From NCBI GenBank assembly GCA_965113315.1, contig OZ220372.1: DNA of 64,000 nt; one strand, 5' to 3'. Shown here in pieces: positions 37,186-49,732 of this stretch; the stretch's first letter is position 1; each line of letters begins with the position of its first letter. The notes below the pieces were generated by a model that did no database searches, had not been told where the DNA came from, and saw nothing but the letters and a program-made list of their open reading frames with translations. Position numbers and translations under genes: made by a program. Origin of the DNA: Podarcis vaucheri (taxonomy: Eukaryota).

Positions 37186-37248
37186 CTCCTGGGACTGCTT
37201 CCAGCCACGCCTGCACTGCCTCGTGGCGTATGGAGGGAAGGTCCGATG
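37186..37248 (-). CDS. MICAL3: MICAL3 putative cassette exon (63 nt): ASDLPSIRHEAVQAWLEAVPG
   Basis: Acceptor ttattttattttaattcag|CA, donor GGAG|gtagtt, phase 1-1. GC/CpG-richer than flanks, with three TGCATG downstream. Confidence 0.65.
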
Positions 37249-40200
37249 CTGAATTAAAATAAAATAAAATAATAATAAATTTCAAAGCAACGAAACAAAC
37301 ACTTTGAAAGTGAAAACATCTGAAACGGAAACATCAAGGGAGGGAAACTTCAAGAAGAGCAGACAGACCAAGGAGACACCAAACACAGGGAAGACCAAAG
37401 TCGTCCCGCCCCCTGCTCCGAAAGGCGGGGGGTGGGGGGGAGAAAGATGAAGCATGAATCCTTGAAGCATGAGTAATTGCTGCAGTGGTTTTTGCTACCC
37501 ACCTGCAAGGAGAGGTGGTGCAAAGATGTTCGTTTCTGATTGCAGATGAATCCTTGTCCGAGCTCTGGATCAATCAAGCCTCACTTAGACTACTGCAGGC
37601 CATTTCTTTTCATTCAAATCACAACAGTCCTGCAAAATGTATCCCTTTCCCTATCTGTATTATGTCCCCGCCTCCCTTTGGATGGTTGAACTGATTCTTC
37701 AATTCCCATGCATTTAATGCATTAAAGTGTGTGAAGTGCTGTATCAACTTTTCCCAAACTGGTGCCTTCAAATATTTTGGATTACCACTCCCACCAGCTC
37801 CATCACAGTGGCAAACGGCCAGTGTTTGTGTGATTTGTAGCTGAACACACCTAGAGGGTGCCAGGTGGAGTCAGGCACTCAGTGGCCTAAGTCCAGCACA
37901 GAGTTAGGCTTACTTAAACTCAAGGATTTCATTGGGTTTATGTATGCCTAAGTGTTGGGTTTAGAACAGTGTCCTCACACCAAAGGCTCTTCAGTTCTCT
38001 GTGTCTTCTGCCAAGCTTATCTGTTACAGACTCATTTGATGCCTGCATTACCCAGAGTGCTGTTCCCTATTTCCTAATAGTCCTTCAAAATCATCAGGTT
38101 CTTACTTCTCACACCTGACAAAGCCTTTGCTGTAGAACTGTAGACAATACAAAGGAGTGACTTTATGTCTAATTTACCATCTTCTGTATGGTACTCCTTA
38201 AGCAAGCCCTAGTCTCTTTTCACCATTCTCTTGTATTTGTTATTTATGTGACAAGGAAGAGTACTTTTATACTAAATTAATCTGTGGACAGTAAAAGCAG
38301 CTTACAGTTTATAAAAATCAAGATGGTGAATAGGATAAGAGGAAAGAAAACTCAGAAGATTCCAAGAAGGGCACACAGATTCAAATTCTAGGTCACCAGT
38401 GAAAGTTTATGTAACACACTCATGTGGAATAAAGCAAAAACAAACATCTACTTCTGTTATAAAATTTCCTAGGTCCTGAGATTTACTGGCATTCCAAGTT
38501 CAATTTTAAATTTTATTTTACTTTGAGAAATAAGCTCTCGGTGTTTGGGACTGGGCCTTCTCAGTTTTGGCCCTGTAACTTTAGAACCAGGAAAGAACAA
38601 TTCCCTTGACCTAAAGAGGTTTGCTATAAAAAAAGTTTGAGACTCCCTGAGACAGACAGATCGAATATGCAGTTGGATGATGAAAGGCGTGGCTGAAGAC
38701 TAACAGCACCTATGTGAGGCTTCCAAAAAAACAGGAGAATTCTGGCTGGGAAAATTATGCAGCCAGAGGTTGAAGGTTAGGCATTTCCTGACATCTGAAA
38801 TGTGTAGAGAATGAAAAGATAACCTTTCTCTTGCAAAGAGTGTCCACATGACCGACTCTAATTAGAATTTATTTTCAATATAAATCAAACACAGAACATC
38901 CATTAAAAGTTAGTTCTATATTAGAGGGAAGACGAGACACTGCAAATCATTTGGAGAATATAACCAAAACTGAACCTAAACGGACTACAGATCCTGACAG
39001 CTTTGTAGCAGGAACATGCTGCTCTCTGAATACTAGGCACATGATGAATCCCTGCAGCTGAAGAATTACCTAGAGAGAAGTCTGGAACCCACTGCAAGAG
39101 GAAAGTAACAAGCTGCACAGTTATTGTGCAAAGCAATTACTTTATGGGAAGTACCTTAGCAACACAGACCTGGAATGACATAACAAACATCAGCTACAGG
39201 CAATGGCAAAGGCAGGAACCTCCTGGGAGCTCTGAGCACAGGAAAGGGCCCACTATCCCAACAGCAACAGGTTTGCTTTGCACAGAAAGTCAGAGGCAAT
39301 GCAAGAGAATTTTCAAGTTTCCACGCCCTGCTTTTTTCTGGTTAACGAGGCCCACAGAGAATGCTTTGTATGGATTTCCCCGCAAATGCTGCATAGAATA
39401 AGGAGCATTGAGCAATACCTCTTTCGCTACAGGCAAGATACTTAAAAGCATTCAGTTTCAGCTTTTAAAAGAATTATCCAAGGAAGAAGAATCCAGAACT
39501 GTCATAGGCAATATTTGTCTTATACTTAGGACATTTCCCCTAACGTTTAAGAAAGAGCAACCTTCTTAAAACTTAATTATTTAGCACTGCATTCTCTATT
39601 CTTCTTCAAACATTTCTCAGTCATGCAGTAGATATAAATATATTTAAATAAATGCAAAAGTAAAACTTTCCTCTTCACAACGAATATACTCAACTCTTTC
39701 AGATTCTCCAGACATAATTTGGCTTCTAGGCCATTCATCGTTCTTGTTACTCTACTCTGGATCCCAAATTCCAACTGAGGTCTCCACAGCACTGAGGTTT
39801 TTTTTAAAAAATGGATTGGCCTTTCTATGTAACTTTCTACACCTCTCTGCTCCTGATATTTAGGGACTTACTTGCTTTCACATTTCTGACTTGCATTAGC
39901 TGTCACCACAAGCTCTCACTAGTATAGAACTGCTTCTATCTGCTTTAGGAAGCCCAGAACACTTAAAGGCCTGCTCAAAGGACTGCCTTCCACTATACCC
40001 CACATAGGCATACTAGCAGACATCCATCATTGCAACCCTGTTCTCATACTTTTTCACCATTCCATGGCATATTTTCAGGCTCCTAAAAAGCCACTTCCTA
40101 AGCCTAGGTGCCAAAACTTCCTTGAACAAGCTTCTCAGAGAGAGGACCATCTCTGGCTATGATATCTTTATTAAGTTCAGAGCACCGGGGAAAGTAAGAC

Positions 40201-40910
40201 ACAGCAGGAAGTGCCATGAGCCTCTCTTCCACTCAGCCTCAGCAAGGGTGGGATCACCTGTCTTATCTTCACTTTAAGATTAAGACACTTCTGCTCGTAT
40301 TGAAGCTGGTTGAAAGAGGAAACCAAGACAATTCCTGCTCTCATATCCTCCTCTGTACCTGGAGCTTAGTAGGGCACTTAGCACCTAGTAGGGTTCCTTA
40401 AATCTTCTCCTTCCTACTTAATGTTAAGCAAAACCGTATCAGATACCAACTGTATTGTCACAAAAGGAGCTGCCAAATTTAATCAGGAGAACATTGTACT
40501 ATCTTAAGAAAATTGGCACTTCCTGCTTTTAGACAAAATTTGGGGTCCACACAGCTCTAAGTCGTGGACACAAAGAATAACAATTTGTTTTCAGAGTTAA
40601 ATAAAATTCCGCTAAGACTTCCTGCTAAACCATGCCAAGGGTCTATCAAGTCCTGCATTCAGATCTTTCTCCTGCAACAATTAGATCCTTATAAGTAGGA
40701 GAGCATCGGAACGTAAATGTAACCAGGGATGCAAGCCTGGAAGATTCCCTTTTGATGGCCTTTGTAAGCAACAACAAACGGAGACCAACCTGAAATGAAC
40801 ATTGCTAAAAGTGACATTAAGACATTTGAGAGTTGGCCTTTCTGGAGATACAATCAATAGGGAACAAATGTCCTTGTGATGGAAGGGGTCAACGCAGCAG
40901 ACACGTTTAC

Positions 40911-41048
40911 CTCTGGAGGTGGAGGACTTAGAAGTAGGGCCCAGTTTTTCCTCCTCCTCTTTCTGACGGATGTGTGTCCAATGCACATCTGCCAAGATCT
41001 CCAGTGGATCAATCGGATTTACTATCTGCTGCAGCCTCAGGTTTCCAG
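40911..41048 (-). CDS. MICAL3: MICAL3 coding exon (138 nt): AGNLRLQQIVNPIDPLEILADVHWTHIRQKEEEEKLGPTSKSSTSR
   Basis: Acceptor cttgtctgctag|CT, donor AGAG|gtaaac, phase 1-1. Matches the MICAL3 DPLEI.ADVHWTHIR segment. Confidence 0.92.
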
Positions 41049-41978
41049 CTAGCAGACAAGAGGCCAATGGTGGATCATGTTGATGGAGTGGCAAGGGATA
41101 AAAGGGAGGAAAAAGAGAGGGAAGGAAAAGGAGCACACACAATAGGAAAGAAATGCAGGGAAAGGGAGGGAAAAATGAAAGAAGTTACTTGCGGAGATCA
41201 GCTGGCAAAAGAAGACAGGTAAAATTCAGCATCATGCATGCATATGCTCCCCTCCAGACTCACTCGCCCTCTCCCACACATGCACAGACAGGACTGCAGT
41301 TTGGAAATTCCACTCCATGCCAAAAATGGTTCAATGGTGCATATTCTTAATCAAGAATTCACCATCTCTAAGTTTTCCTTTTAAGTATTATTATAGGAAA
41401 AAGTCACAGTCTGTTAGTAACTGGATATCCATGTTCATAGAAAAGTACACAAACCTGTACTTTTTAGCATTCTTTGTTTAATACTAAGAAAGCCCAGGAA
41501 GATGACATTACAGAATGATTTATATATATAAAAGTGACTTCTGTGTTCCCCCTTCTTTTCTAGACAAAAGCATTTCAAAAAGTAACATGACTGTCCTATT
41601 TTTAATTAATACCTTTCTAATTTGACACAAATTGAGTTATAAAACTGAACTGTGGAAGGAAAAATGCTATTCAGAAGTGAGTGATGAATCCTGGTGGCCA
41701 CATGGCACCTCGTGCTGTCAAGTCCCCTTGATGCAAGTCCTTGGGTAAGTAGAGTTAGTGTTTATACCACATCACACAGCATTAGGAGTTAGAAGGGTGA
41801 GTTTCAACCAGCAAGAATTGAGAGTAGAAGGGAAATTTATAGAAACCTAGCAAGGCTTCCAAAGAGCAGGCCTCACCCTATCATCCCAAACTGTACCTTC
41901 TTATTCTGAATGCACTTCACCATTCCCAATTTCACTTGGCCAGTTAAGAGACCTTAAATGAATATTTCTCCGATGGGA

Positions 41979-41980
41979 GT

Positions 41981-42044
<64 letters not shown>
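41979..42044. repeat. Compound microsatellite (GT)13(GA)20
   Basis: Read directly. Confidence 0.97.
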
Positions 42045-42046
<2 letters not shown>

Positions 42047-42553
42047 CAGATGTTTCTCTTAGGGCAGCTAATTGGCCTTGTTAACAGTCATTACTCCTGT
42101 GTCCTTTATCTGATTTGTACAATAATAACTGAAACTGCATATAAAGCACTGAAGCTTTTTGTTTCAGTGTATCATGTATTCTGCAAAAAAGGAACAAAAG
42201 GAATATGGTTCATGAGATAAAGTAGGCATCTCGGCACCTTTCACAGGATTGACCTCTCTTCCCAGAGAATCAAAGCAGAAATAGGAACAGAAGATGGGCG
42301 GGGGCCTCCTCTCTTTGATCACAGAAGTCTTTAATCAGACACACAGATGTTGCATTCAATGCAAGAAAGCAAACAAACAGAATCTGAGCTGTAAATTTAC
42401 AGGTTTTGTTCGCTCCTTATCTGGAAGTTAACAGTAATTCTCAATTACAACTAATTTGGTGAAACAATTTTTAAAAAATATGTTGCTTCGTGTGAAGCCT
42501 GCTCTTTGTAAAATGCCCCCCCTTTAGGGGAGGTGATGACAATGTGAGGGTAC

Positions 42554-42643
42554 CTTTAAATGTACCCGTGTCCTCTTCATTTGAGAGACGTTGAAGCCAG
42601 AGGCCTTGCTGAAGTTCTCTCTCCCAAGGGTAATACTCTCCCT
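42554..42643 (-). CDS. MICAL3: MICAL3 putative cassette exon (90 nt): EGEYYPWERELQQGLWLQRLSNEEDTGTFK
   Basis: Acceptor ccccctgctgtag|AG after a long pyrimidine tract, donor AAAG|gtaccc, phase 1-1, no stop. An alternative in-frame donor at 42566 gives 78 nt. Confidence 0.65.
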
Positions 42644-44184
42644 CTACAGCAGGGGGAGTCACACATCAACAAATAGCATTGATACAGAAATTAGAGCAGA
42701 ACAAAGAAAAAGAGAAGGACAGAGAATCAGAAAGAACACAGGGGTGTTTTAGGGAAATCCAGAAAGGTTCAGGACTGCTTCACCTATAAGAAACCTTACA
42801 CAGATTTCACTTACGTGTACAGAATTAAATGCAATGCGTAGGAACACCACCCCATATGATGAACACCTGTCTACTTTGTTGTGTGTGCCTGTTGCAAAAA
42901 ACTCTTTCCTTCTTCATGATAGGTATATATAAATTAATCACAGCTGTATTTAGGGTTACAAGTAATTTCCTTGCCAAAAAGCATTATCTGTTCAGGGGGA
43001 AAAAATTATGCTTGAAAATGCTCTTCTGTTCCAAGGCATTCATCAACTAAATTTCTTTCTGATGTGCAAATTTAAGTGAGCTGGTGGTAAAGGAATTCTG
43101 AGAACATCACATTTGTAAACGCGCTTGAAGCAGAAGGTGCCGGATTATCTGTCTCCAAGATGCAACTTTACAATATTCAGGTACAGAAATATTTTGTAGT
43201 GATAACTCCAACAGCAAGTTCCTTGGTCTGTTTAATAGCACAATTGAAGCTGCCTTGATCTCTGTTGTCTTTAACTCATCAATGGCCTTTACTGAAAAGC
43301 CACTTTGTTCTTAAACAGGTGCTGCAAGAGATGTGTGAGTTCTCTGGCAAAGGAGGCCCATTTTGAAAGCTGAACTCCTCATTTGGAAGAGCCCCACCCA
43401 CCAAAGATATATATCTGATGAAATTGATCGGGTACCAGCTGCCACGACAAAAAAGTGACTTGAGCAGCAAAGCTTTCTATTTCCACAAACAATCCTCAAA
43501 AGTAATTTAAAATGCCAACACCCTATAAATCCCTGAAGACTGAATATTATGCAGATTTATGGTTCCCAAACCTTTCAATAACTGAGACACCTGCCTGTTC
43601 TGATCTGTAACTGATACTCCCTTAAGCAGTTAATGCAGAACTGTTGCCATTAGATGCAAGCATGAGTATCTACACATAACACTTTTTGTGACTCACTCTT
43701 GATTTCCCAACTACCTTAGGTGGTAATCCCTAGTTCAGACATGTGGTTTTCCACCCCTAATTAATCCATGTCTTAAGCAGTCATAAAGGAGCTGAGGAGG
43801 GGGGGGAATCCATTTTTTGATCCAAGTGCAGACCCCTATATAACTAAAAGCAGGGGTCCTTCTGGTCTGGAAGCAAAGCTTTGTCCAACCTTTCTGCTAT
43901 TCACAGGCCTTTGCTGCTGGCTCCTAGTTCTGAGCTGTGATAGACTCTAAACCTATGCAAACACATCCAAGGCCAAATAAATACAGCCTCTGAACATTTC
44001 ATCACCAACAGCCACAGAAACATGCCAAACTTTTCACTTAACCTATTTACTGAATCACAGTTCCAGCCCTGACTTGCCTCTTCACCCTGCTACTGAACTA
44101 CTTCCTTGGCCTGCAGGCAAATCAATCTTTCATTACTTCCCTAACCCTGGCAATGGACCTTTGAGCTCACCCAGCTGCCATCAT

Positions 44185-44372
44185 GTAGGAACATAAAAAG
44201 CTACCTGTAGAGCATTTATCCATCTAGCTCAGTATAGCCTACATTGTCTGATGGTAGCTCTCCAGGGTTTCAGTCAGGTCTCACCCAGCCCTACCCAAAA
44301 CTGCCGGGGATTGAGCCCAGGGTGTTTTTGCATGCAAAACGTGCATTGTACAATTAAGCTTTGGCTCTTCCC
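44185..44372 (-). mobile_element. tRNA-derived squamate SINE (related + strand copies near 50900-51080, 53540-53715, 57415-57560, 58945-59115)
   Basis: Shared pattern ATAGCTCAGTGGTAGAGCA..TGCATGCAGAAGG..GTTCAATCCCTGGCA..CTGAGCTAGATGGA. Confidence 0.65.
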
Positions 44373-44439
44373 CAAGCCTTTTGTTATGGAGGAGTACCTG
44401 CCTGTCGAACCGGCTCCTCAAATTATAACTCTGTTTTAA

Positions 44440-45430
44440 GCCTGAATGCAACGCATGACAACTGGGATGCTGCAAGGTTCTGTCTTGGGCCCAGTGCTGT
44501 TCAATATCTTTATGAATGACTTGGATGTAGGTATGGAGGGGATGCTCATCCAATTTGCAGATGACTCAAAACTGGGAGGGGCAGCCAATGCTGCAGAAGA
44601 CAGAATGGGGATTCCAGATGACCTCAACAGATTGCAGACCTGGGTCATAACTAACAAAATGAATTTCAGTAGGGACAAATGTAAAGTTCTACACCTGGGC
44701 AGGAAGATCCAGGTGCACAAATGTAAGATGGGCGACACCTGGATTGCAAATAGTACATGTGAAAAGGATCTAGGGGTTTTAGTAGACCACAAGTTTCGTA
44801 GGAGTCAACATGCAGCAGCAAAAAAGGAAGAAAGCTACTTCTATTCTAGGCTGCATCAACAGAAGCACAGTGTCCCGATCAAGGGAACTCACTAGTCCTG
44901 CTCTATTCTGCTTTGGTCAGACCACACCTGAAGTACTGTGCCCAGTTCTAGGCACCACAATTTAAGAAGGATAATGACAAGTTGGAACGTGTGCAGAAAA
45001 TGGTGACTAAGGTGATCAAGGGTCTGGAAACCAAGTCTTATAAGGAATGATTGAGGAAATGTGGTATGTTTAGCTTGCTAAGGAGAGACTGAGAGGAGAT
45101 ACGATAACCATCTTCAAATATCTAAAGGGCTGTCACATGGAGGATGGAGCAAGCTTGTTTTCTTCTCCTCAGGAGGAGAGGATCTGAACCAATGGATTCA
45201 AGTTACAAGAAAGGAGATTTTGACTAAACATCAGGAAGATCTTTCTGACAGTCAAGAGCTGTTCGACAGTGGAATAGACTCTCACAAGAGGTGGTGGACT
45301 GTTATTCCTTTGAGGTGTTTAAACAGAGGTTGGATGGCCATCTGTCATGTATGATCTTGCTGAAATTCCTGCATTGCAGGGGGTTGGGCCGGATGACCCT
45401 TGGGGTTCCTTCCAATTCTATGTTGATTCC
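44440..45430 (+). mobile_element. CR1 LINE, 5'-truncated (3' part of the ORF2 reverse transcriptase plus 3' UTR)
   Basis: ORF 44446..44895 has QGSVLGPVLFNIFMNDL, FADDSKLGG, KCKVLHLG and EKDLGVLVD. Frameshifted downstream. CR1 tail GGATGACCCTTGGGGTTCCTTCCAATTCT. Confidence 0.95.
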
Positions 45431-45860
45431 CAGACGTAAATTTGCAGACTGAAAAATGAAAACCTGGAACAGTGTTACAGAGATGAAAACCAGAGAGAGC
45501 GAGAGAGCAAGATAAGTTAGAGAAAATACAATTTTAATAACTGCCAACTTGATGAAGACCACCACCTCGGGCCCAAATACTTCTTCTAAAGCTTTTTCTT
45601 GGGACTTCCCAGTAGTCCGTAAATATGAGTCTCCAGCAGGTTTGCAGTCTTTGCACTGACTTCCAAGTTTTCCAAAAGAAATGGGAGATGCACTTTATAT
45701 TTGATTATCTATTCTGTATGATGGCAATCTGTGATCAATATGCCAGCCTGGGCTCCTTCAGGATCAATGGCAAGATATAAATTGAACAGCATTGAAAAAA
45801 TAAAATTAATATGCATATCCAAATCCATATCATGAGAATCAATTGAAACTATCTACTAAC

Positions 45861-46099
45861 CTTCACTAGAGACTTCTTCCTCTTCTTCCCCCTCCTCCTC
45901 TTCTTCTTCCTCTTCCTCCTCTGCTTCATTGTCATGATTCTTCTCTGTGTCCAGCTCTTCCTCACTCTTGCCCTTCAGCATGGCATGTATCCGCACAGCC
46001 TCTTTCCAAGGCACACCACCCAGGTCAGAAGTGGGCTGCTGTGGCTCTTCCTCCCCCTCCTCCTCCTCCTCTTCTTCTTCCATCTCAGATTCTGAACTA
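45861..46099 (-). CDS. MICAL3: MICAL3 coding exon (239 nt), Glu-rich: SSESEMEEEE...DLGGVPWKEAVRIHAMLKGKSEEEL...EVSSE
   Basis: Acceptor ttcctctgcag|TAG, donor GAAG|gttagt, phase 2 to 1. Lies within ORF 45856..46140. Confidence 0.95.
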
Positions 46100-47894
46100 C
46101 TGCAGAGGAAAATCAGGAAAGTTAGTAGATGATACTTCAACAGGGTTTCCCCCCCTTTGCGTACAAGCAGATGATTGTTTTAAAATAACCATAGCCAACA
46201 AAACAAAACAAACTGCCTCAAACCAGGTCAGAATATTTGTCCATCTATTCCAGGAGTGGGGAACTTCCGGCCCATAGACCAATCTTGGCCTGCAAGCGAG
46301 TCCACGAGGCCACTTTTCCACAACCACTGCCACATGTTCCCCACCCCTGCTCTTGACTATGACAGAATGGGGTCATTCAAAACAGAACTGAATCAGAATT
46401 TAGCACTGAAACACAACCTACATGTCAATTGTTGAGGGGTTTTATTTCCCACTCCCAGTTTGCAGCCAATTTGAGGTCTCTGTGGTCCCTTATTCCAAAG
46501 TGAAAAAGAGCCAGTCATGAGAGGAAGGTAACTAGTGCCCCCCCCACTCAGACACAATCAGCACCAATGGAATGACAGCCTCTTTCATTTCAGCACACGC
46601 CTTACTGAGGAATGATCCCATTAGAAGAAGAAAACAACATTTAATCTTTATAGGCCTGTTACATATTCCTCTTAGAAAAGCAAGCTCCTCCTCTCCTGGA
46701 GGCTAAATCAACAGGAATTCACCCTTCTTTTCTTTGTCATATGTTTTACCCTTTCCCCCCTATCCATTTTTATTGGACAAAGTCCAGCAGGAAATTCTCC
46801 AGTACAAAAAATATTTGAAAAGATTAGGAGGTACATATCTCCAACTCATTTCACTTAGAATTGTAGCAGCAAAAGTATACACTAAATTTATCTCATTTTT
46901 CTTTTGTTTGTTCCCTGGCAAAAATATTGTTACTTTTGTTGCAATTAAGAATAGCAGTGGGATTCTGTCTTTATTCACACAAACTGTGAAACCTTCCATT
47001 TGTTGCTTAGCCATCTATTTTCACAAAAGACGTGGGAACAGGTTTTTCACGACTTTTTAAAACCAGGCTGTTAAGTGAAATTATGGGCAAACTTCAGAAA
47101 TGCATAATCCTTTTGGGAATTTTATCTAGACAAAGAAATGTTCGTTGTGATTTTCTCAACTCCTAAGAATGTGTTTTTCCAAACATTTGTGTTAAGAATT
47201 ATTTCTTAAAAACAGCTTTTTATTTCAGTACATTGCCTGACAGATAGCTAGGCCCTCAAGGAGGAATGTTGGCTTTGCTTTGTTGGAAGAAGAAAAAAAA
47301 TCAGTTTTATGTTTACTGACACTTAAAAATAATATGCAACTCCCAGTCAAAGTGCAGAACACATGCTCAAATTACAAAAAACGTGGAATTCAGGTTCTTT
47401 CTTCTAAAATATTTCTTTCTTCCTTTTTTTGTTCTGTTTCATTGCACTTTGTATTACTGCAAGTTTTACTTCAAGTTTTTCAAAAGGTTTGAAAGTCCTC
47501 TGTTCTCTAACTGGCCTATTCCTGCTTAGTGCTTTTTGGCTTGGCTTGTGGCTGTTAGAACTGTGAAATGTATTTTAACTAGCTGGCTGAGAATGTTTTG
47601 GCTTCTGTCTAATGTAGTGCTAAGTGCCCCATAAGCACAAGAATTCCTGCTTGCACAACGTAGGGCTGCCATACCTCCAGAATTTCCCAGACACAGCCGG
47701 TATTCGGCTCTCTTAAACAGCATTTGGGCAGAAAATCGCTGAAACGTCTGTGAAAATCTGGACATATGGCAGCCCATGTTGGAAGTGGAGATTTTTCCAA
47801 ATTTCATTAAAAGTTGCTCAGAAACTTTGGCAAAAAAGGAAAAGAAAAAGCTCAACAACTTTTGTGTCCAGATTTCCACTTTTTGAAATACGTC

Positions 47895-48085
47895 AACCCT
47901 AGCGCAATGAGACTTCCTCCCTTCTCTCCTCTGCACCCCATAAATTTGTTCTGGGGGGTCCCCCAACCCTCCAGAGTAGATTTGGAGAGGGCATACGGCA
48001 GATGCAGGTGGAGGAGAGGGGAGAAAGTCCTGTTGCGCATGTGAGAATCCTTATTCAGCGTTGTACTGCATTTGATACAAGCCTT
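47895..48085. repeat. Palindromic interspersed repeat (probable DNA-transposon derivative)
   Basis: Inverted arms GCGCAATGAGACTT-CCTCCCTTCTCTCC ... GGAGAGGGGAGAAAGTCCTGTTGCGC. Confidence 0.45.
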
Positions 48086-48238
48086 ATTGGTTTTTAAGGG
48101 GGAAACTCTGAGCCTTTTTGTATTATTGACATTTTTTTAAACTTCTACTCTTTCAAGCCACCTTGAACAGGCATTCTTTAGAAAGGCAGCCAAGTCATAT
48201 TTTAAATAAATTAAGGCTTTTTTAAAAAGAAAAATAAC

Positions 48239-48434
48239 CTGCTGGGTACATCCTCTTCTGTTCCTTTGTCTAGCACGCTGCTCAGGTTGTGCTCTGCCAA
48301 GGTCTCCTCAGGGACTTCTTCCAACTCCTCTTCCCGTTGTACCGAGAGACGGTAATTCTCCAGTTCAATCCGCTCTGGTGTGCCACGCAGTCTCTTTGCA
48401 ATGCTGGGTTCCTCTACGCCATTTACACTGGGAA
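48239..48434 (-). CDS. MICAL3: MICAL3 coding exon (196 nt): VPSVNGVEEPSIAKRLRGTPERIELENYRLSVQREEELEEVPEETLAEHNLSSVLDKGTEEDVPSS
   Basis: Acceptor ttttgttccccag|TT, donor AGCAG|gttatt, phase 1 to 2. PERIELENYR is the conserved post-LIM MICAL motif. Confidence 0.95.
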
Positions 48435-48915
48435 CTGGGGAACAAAAATTAACAGGGGAGAAAGAGCATTATGAGCATTGATCTGGACTGTGAAAGTATT
48501 GTATTTGTTTCCATCAATGAGTCAAATTTGATTCTGGTTGATTCTCCTAATAAGAGATTTGACCATGAAAACTGCTACTAAAAAGCAGGATTTGAAAAAG
48601 AACTAATAAGAGGGAATTTCTGCTTTGTTTCTGGAAAATGTCTACCTTATATTGGCAAGTAATACAATATAAGAGGTGTAGGCTTAATTCACACATGTGG
48701 CCCAGTGAGGAGACTGTTGGGCAGAGCAACCACCTCCAAGGAGAAAACTGAAGAAGAACCCCTTTCTTTGCTATGCTGCATTTCTTCCTACTAGAGTTCA
48801 ATTGTTGTTGCTATATTTTTTAAACCTAGGGGAGCATTCAAAAATGGTATACAAGTCTTCTCTCCCACCCCAGTCTGTTGCACGCATATATATGTTTATG
48901 CTCATTGGCTTGGAT

Positions 48916-49517
48916 TAGGGTTGCCAGACACCCGCGGTTCTTGGGGATAGTCCCCGGATTTGCAAATCTGTCCCCGAACAAAATCCATCGTCATAATATC
49001 CCCAGATTTGCAAATCCGTCCCCGGGAAGCGTGGCAGCGGCAGCCTCAGCAGCCTGGAGCCAGTCTCTTAGTGCAGTTGGCTCTGGCTGGCTTCAGGAAC
49101 TGCTCGCTGCTCACTGCCGTGGCACCCGCCATTTTTCCTGCACCACGACAGTGAGCAGCTCCTGAAGCCAGCCAGAGCCAACTGCACTACCAGGCTGGCA
49201 CCTCCTGGCAACAGCCGCCCGCCCGTGACTCCCAAGCCTCCCCTGATCTGCCAAACAAAGGGGGAAGGGGGAAGGAGATCAGGGTAGGCTCCGGAGTCAC
49301 GGGCGCGAGGAACGCCGTTGCCCAGTCTCTGTGTATTTATGTTTCACAGGGTGCAAAAGAAGGGCTTTACACCTTTATACAATATGCATGTGTGCTTGGG
49401 CCCAAGGTCTTTTGCTTCACCATCCCCACTACTGACTCCCTGTTGCTACTCAGCTTCAAAAAAAAAAAAAAAAAAAAAAGGGTCCCCAGATTAATTTTAA
49501 AAAATCTGGTAACCATA
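48916..49517. mobile_element. hAT (Tip100/Blackjack-like) non-autonomous element with internal hairpins and a poly-A run
   Basis: TAGGGTTGCCAGA ... TCTGGTAACCATA termini. Degenerate 8-bp TSD GCTTGGAT/GTTTGGGT. GC-rich interior. Confidence 0.8.
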
Positions 49518-49732
49518 GTTTGGGTTAATAAATACGGAACTGCTATCACTTCTTCCCTCATTTCTCACTTATTAACATGGATGAGAATCCCCTTTTCAAC
49601 TCTAAACAGAGCACTGAGTGAATCATTAACTACCCTGACTATGAAAAAGATGACCAATCAAAGCTTATTCATATTTTTGTCCATTTTCGTAGGTATTTGA
49701 CCAGAGCTATGAAGGGTAAATAATAAAAAAAT

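Larger units (their letters stand above)
1930..48434 (-). other. MICAL3: MICAL3 gene body, 3' half (span of exons found in this window; gene continues beyond both window edges)
   Basis: Spliced translation gives recognisable MICAL3 segments (KRLRGTPERIELENYR, GGVPWKEAVRIHA, LVEEFWMKSAEIRRSLGLTP, EIPFADDVEDTYD, KSLWKSVFSGYKKDKKKK, QLRRHLSFSEDSDLS, ELNAKLTRRVQKAARRQAKQEELKRLHRAQ) in the expected order with compatible splice phases. Confidence 0.97.
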
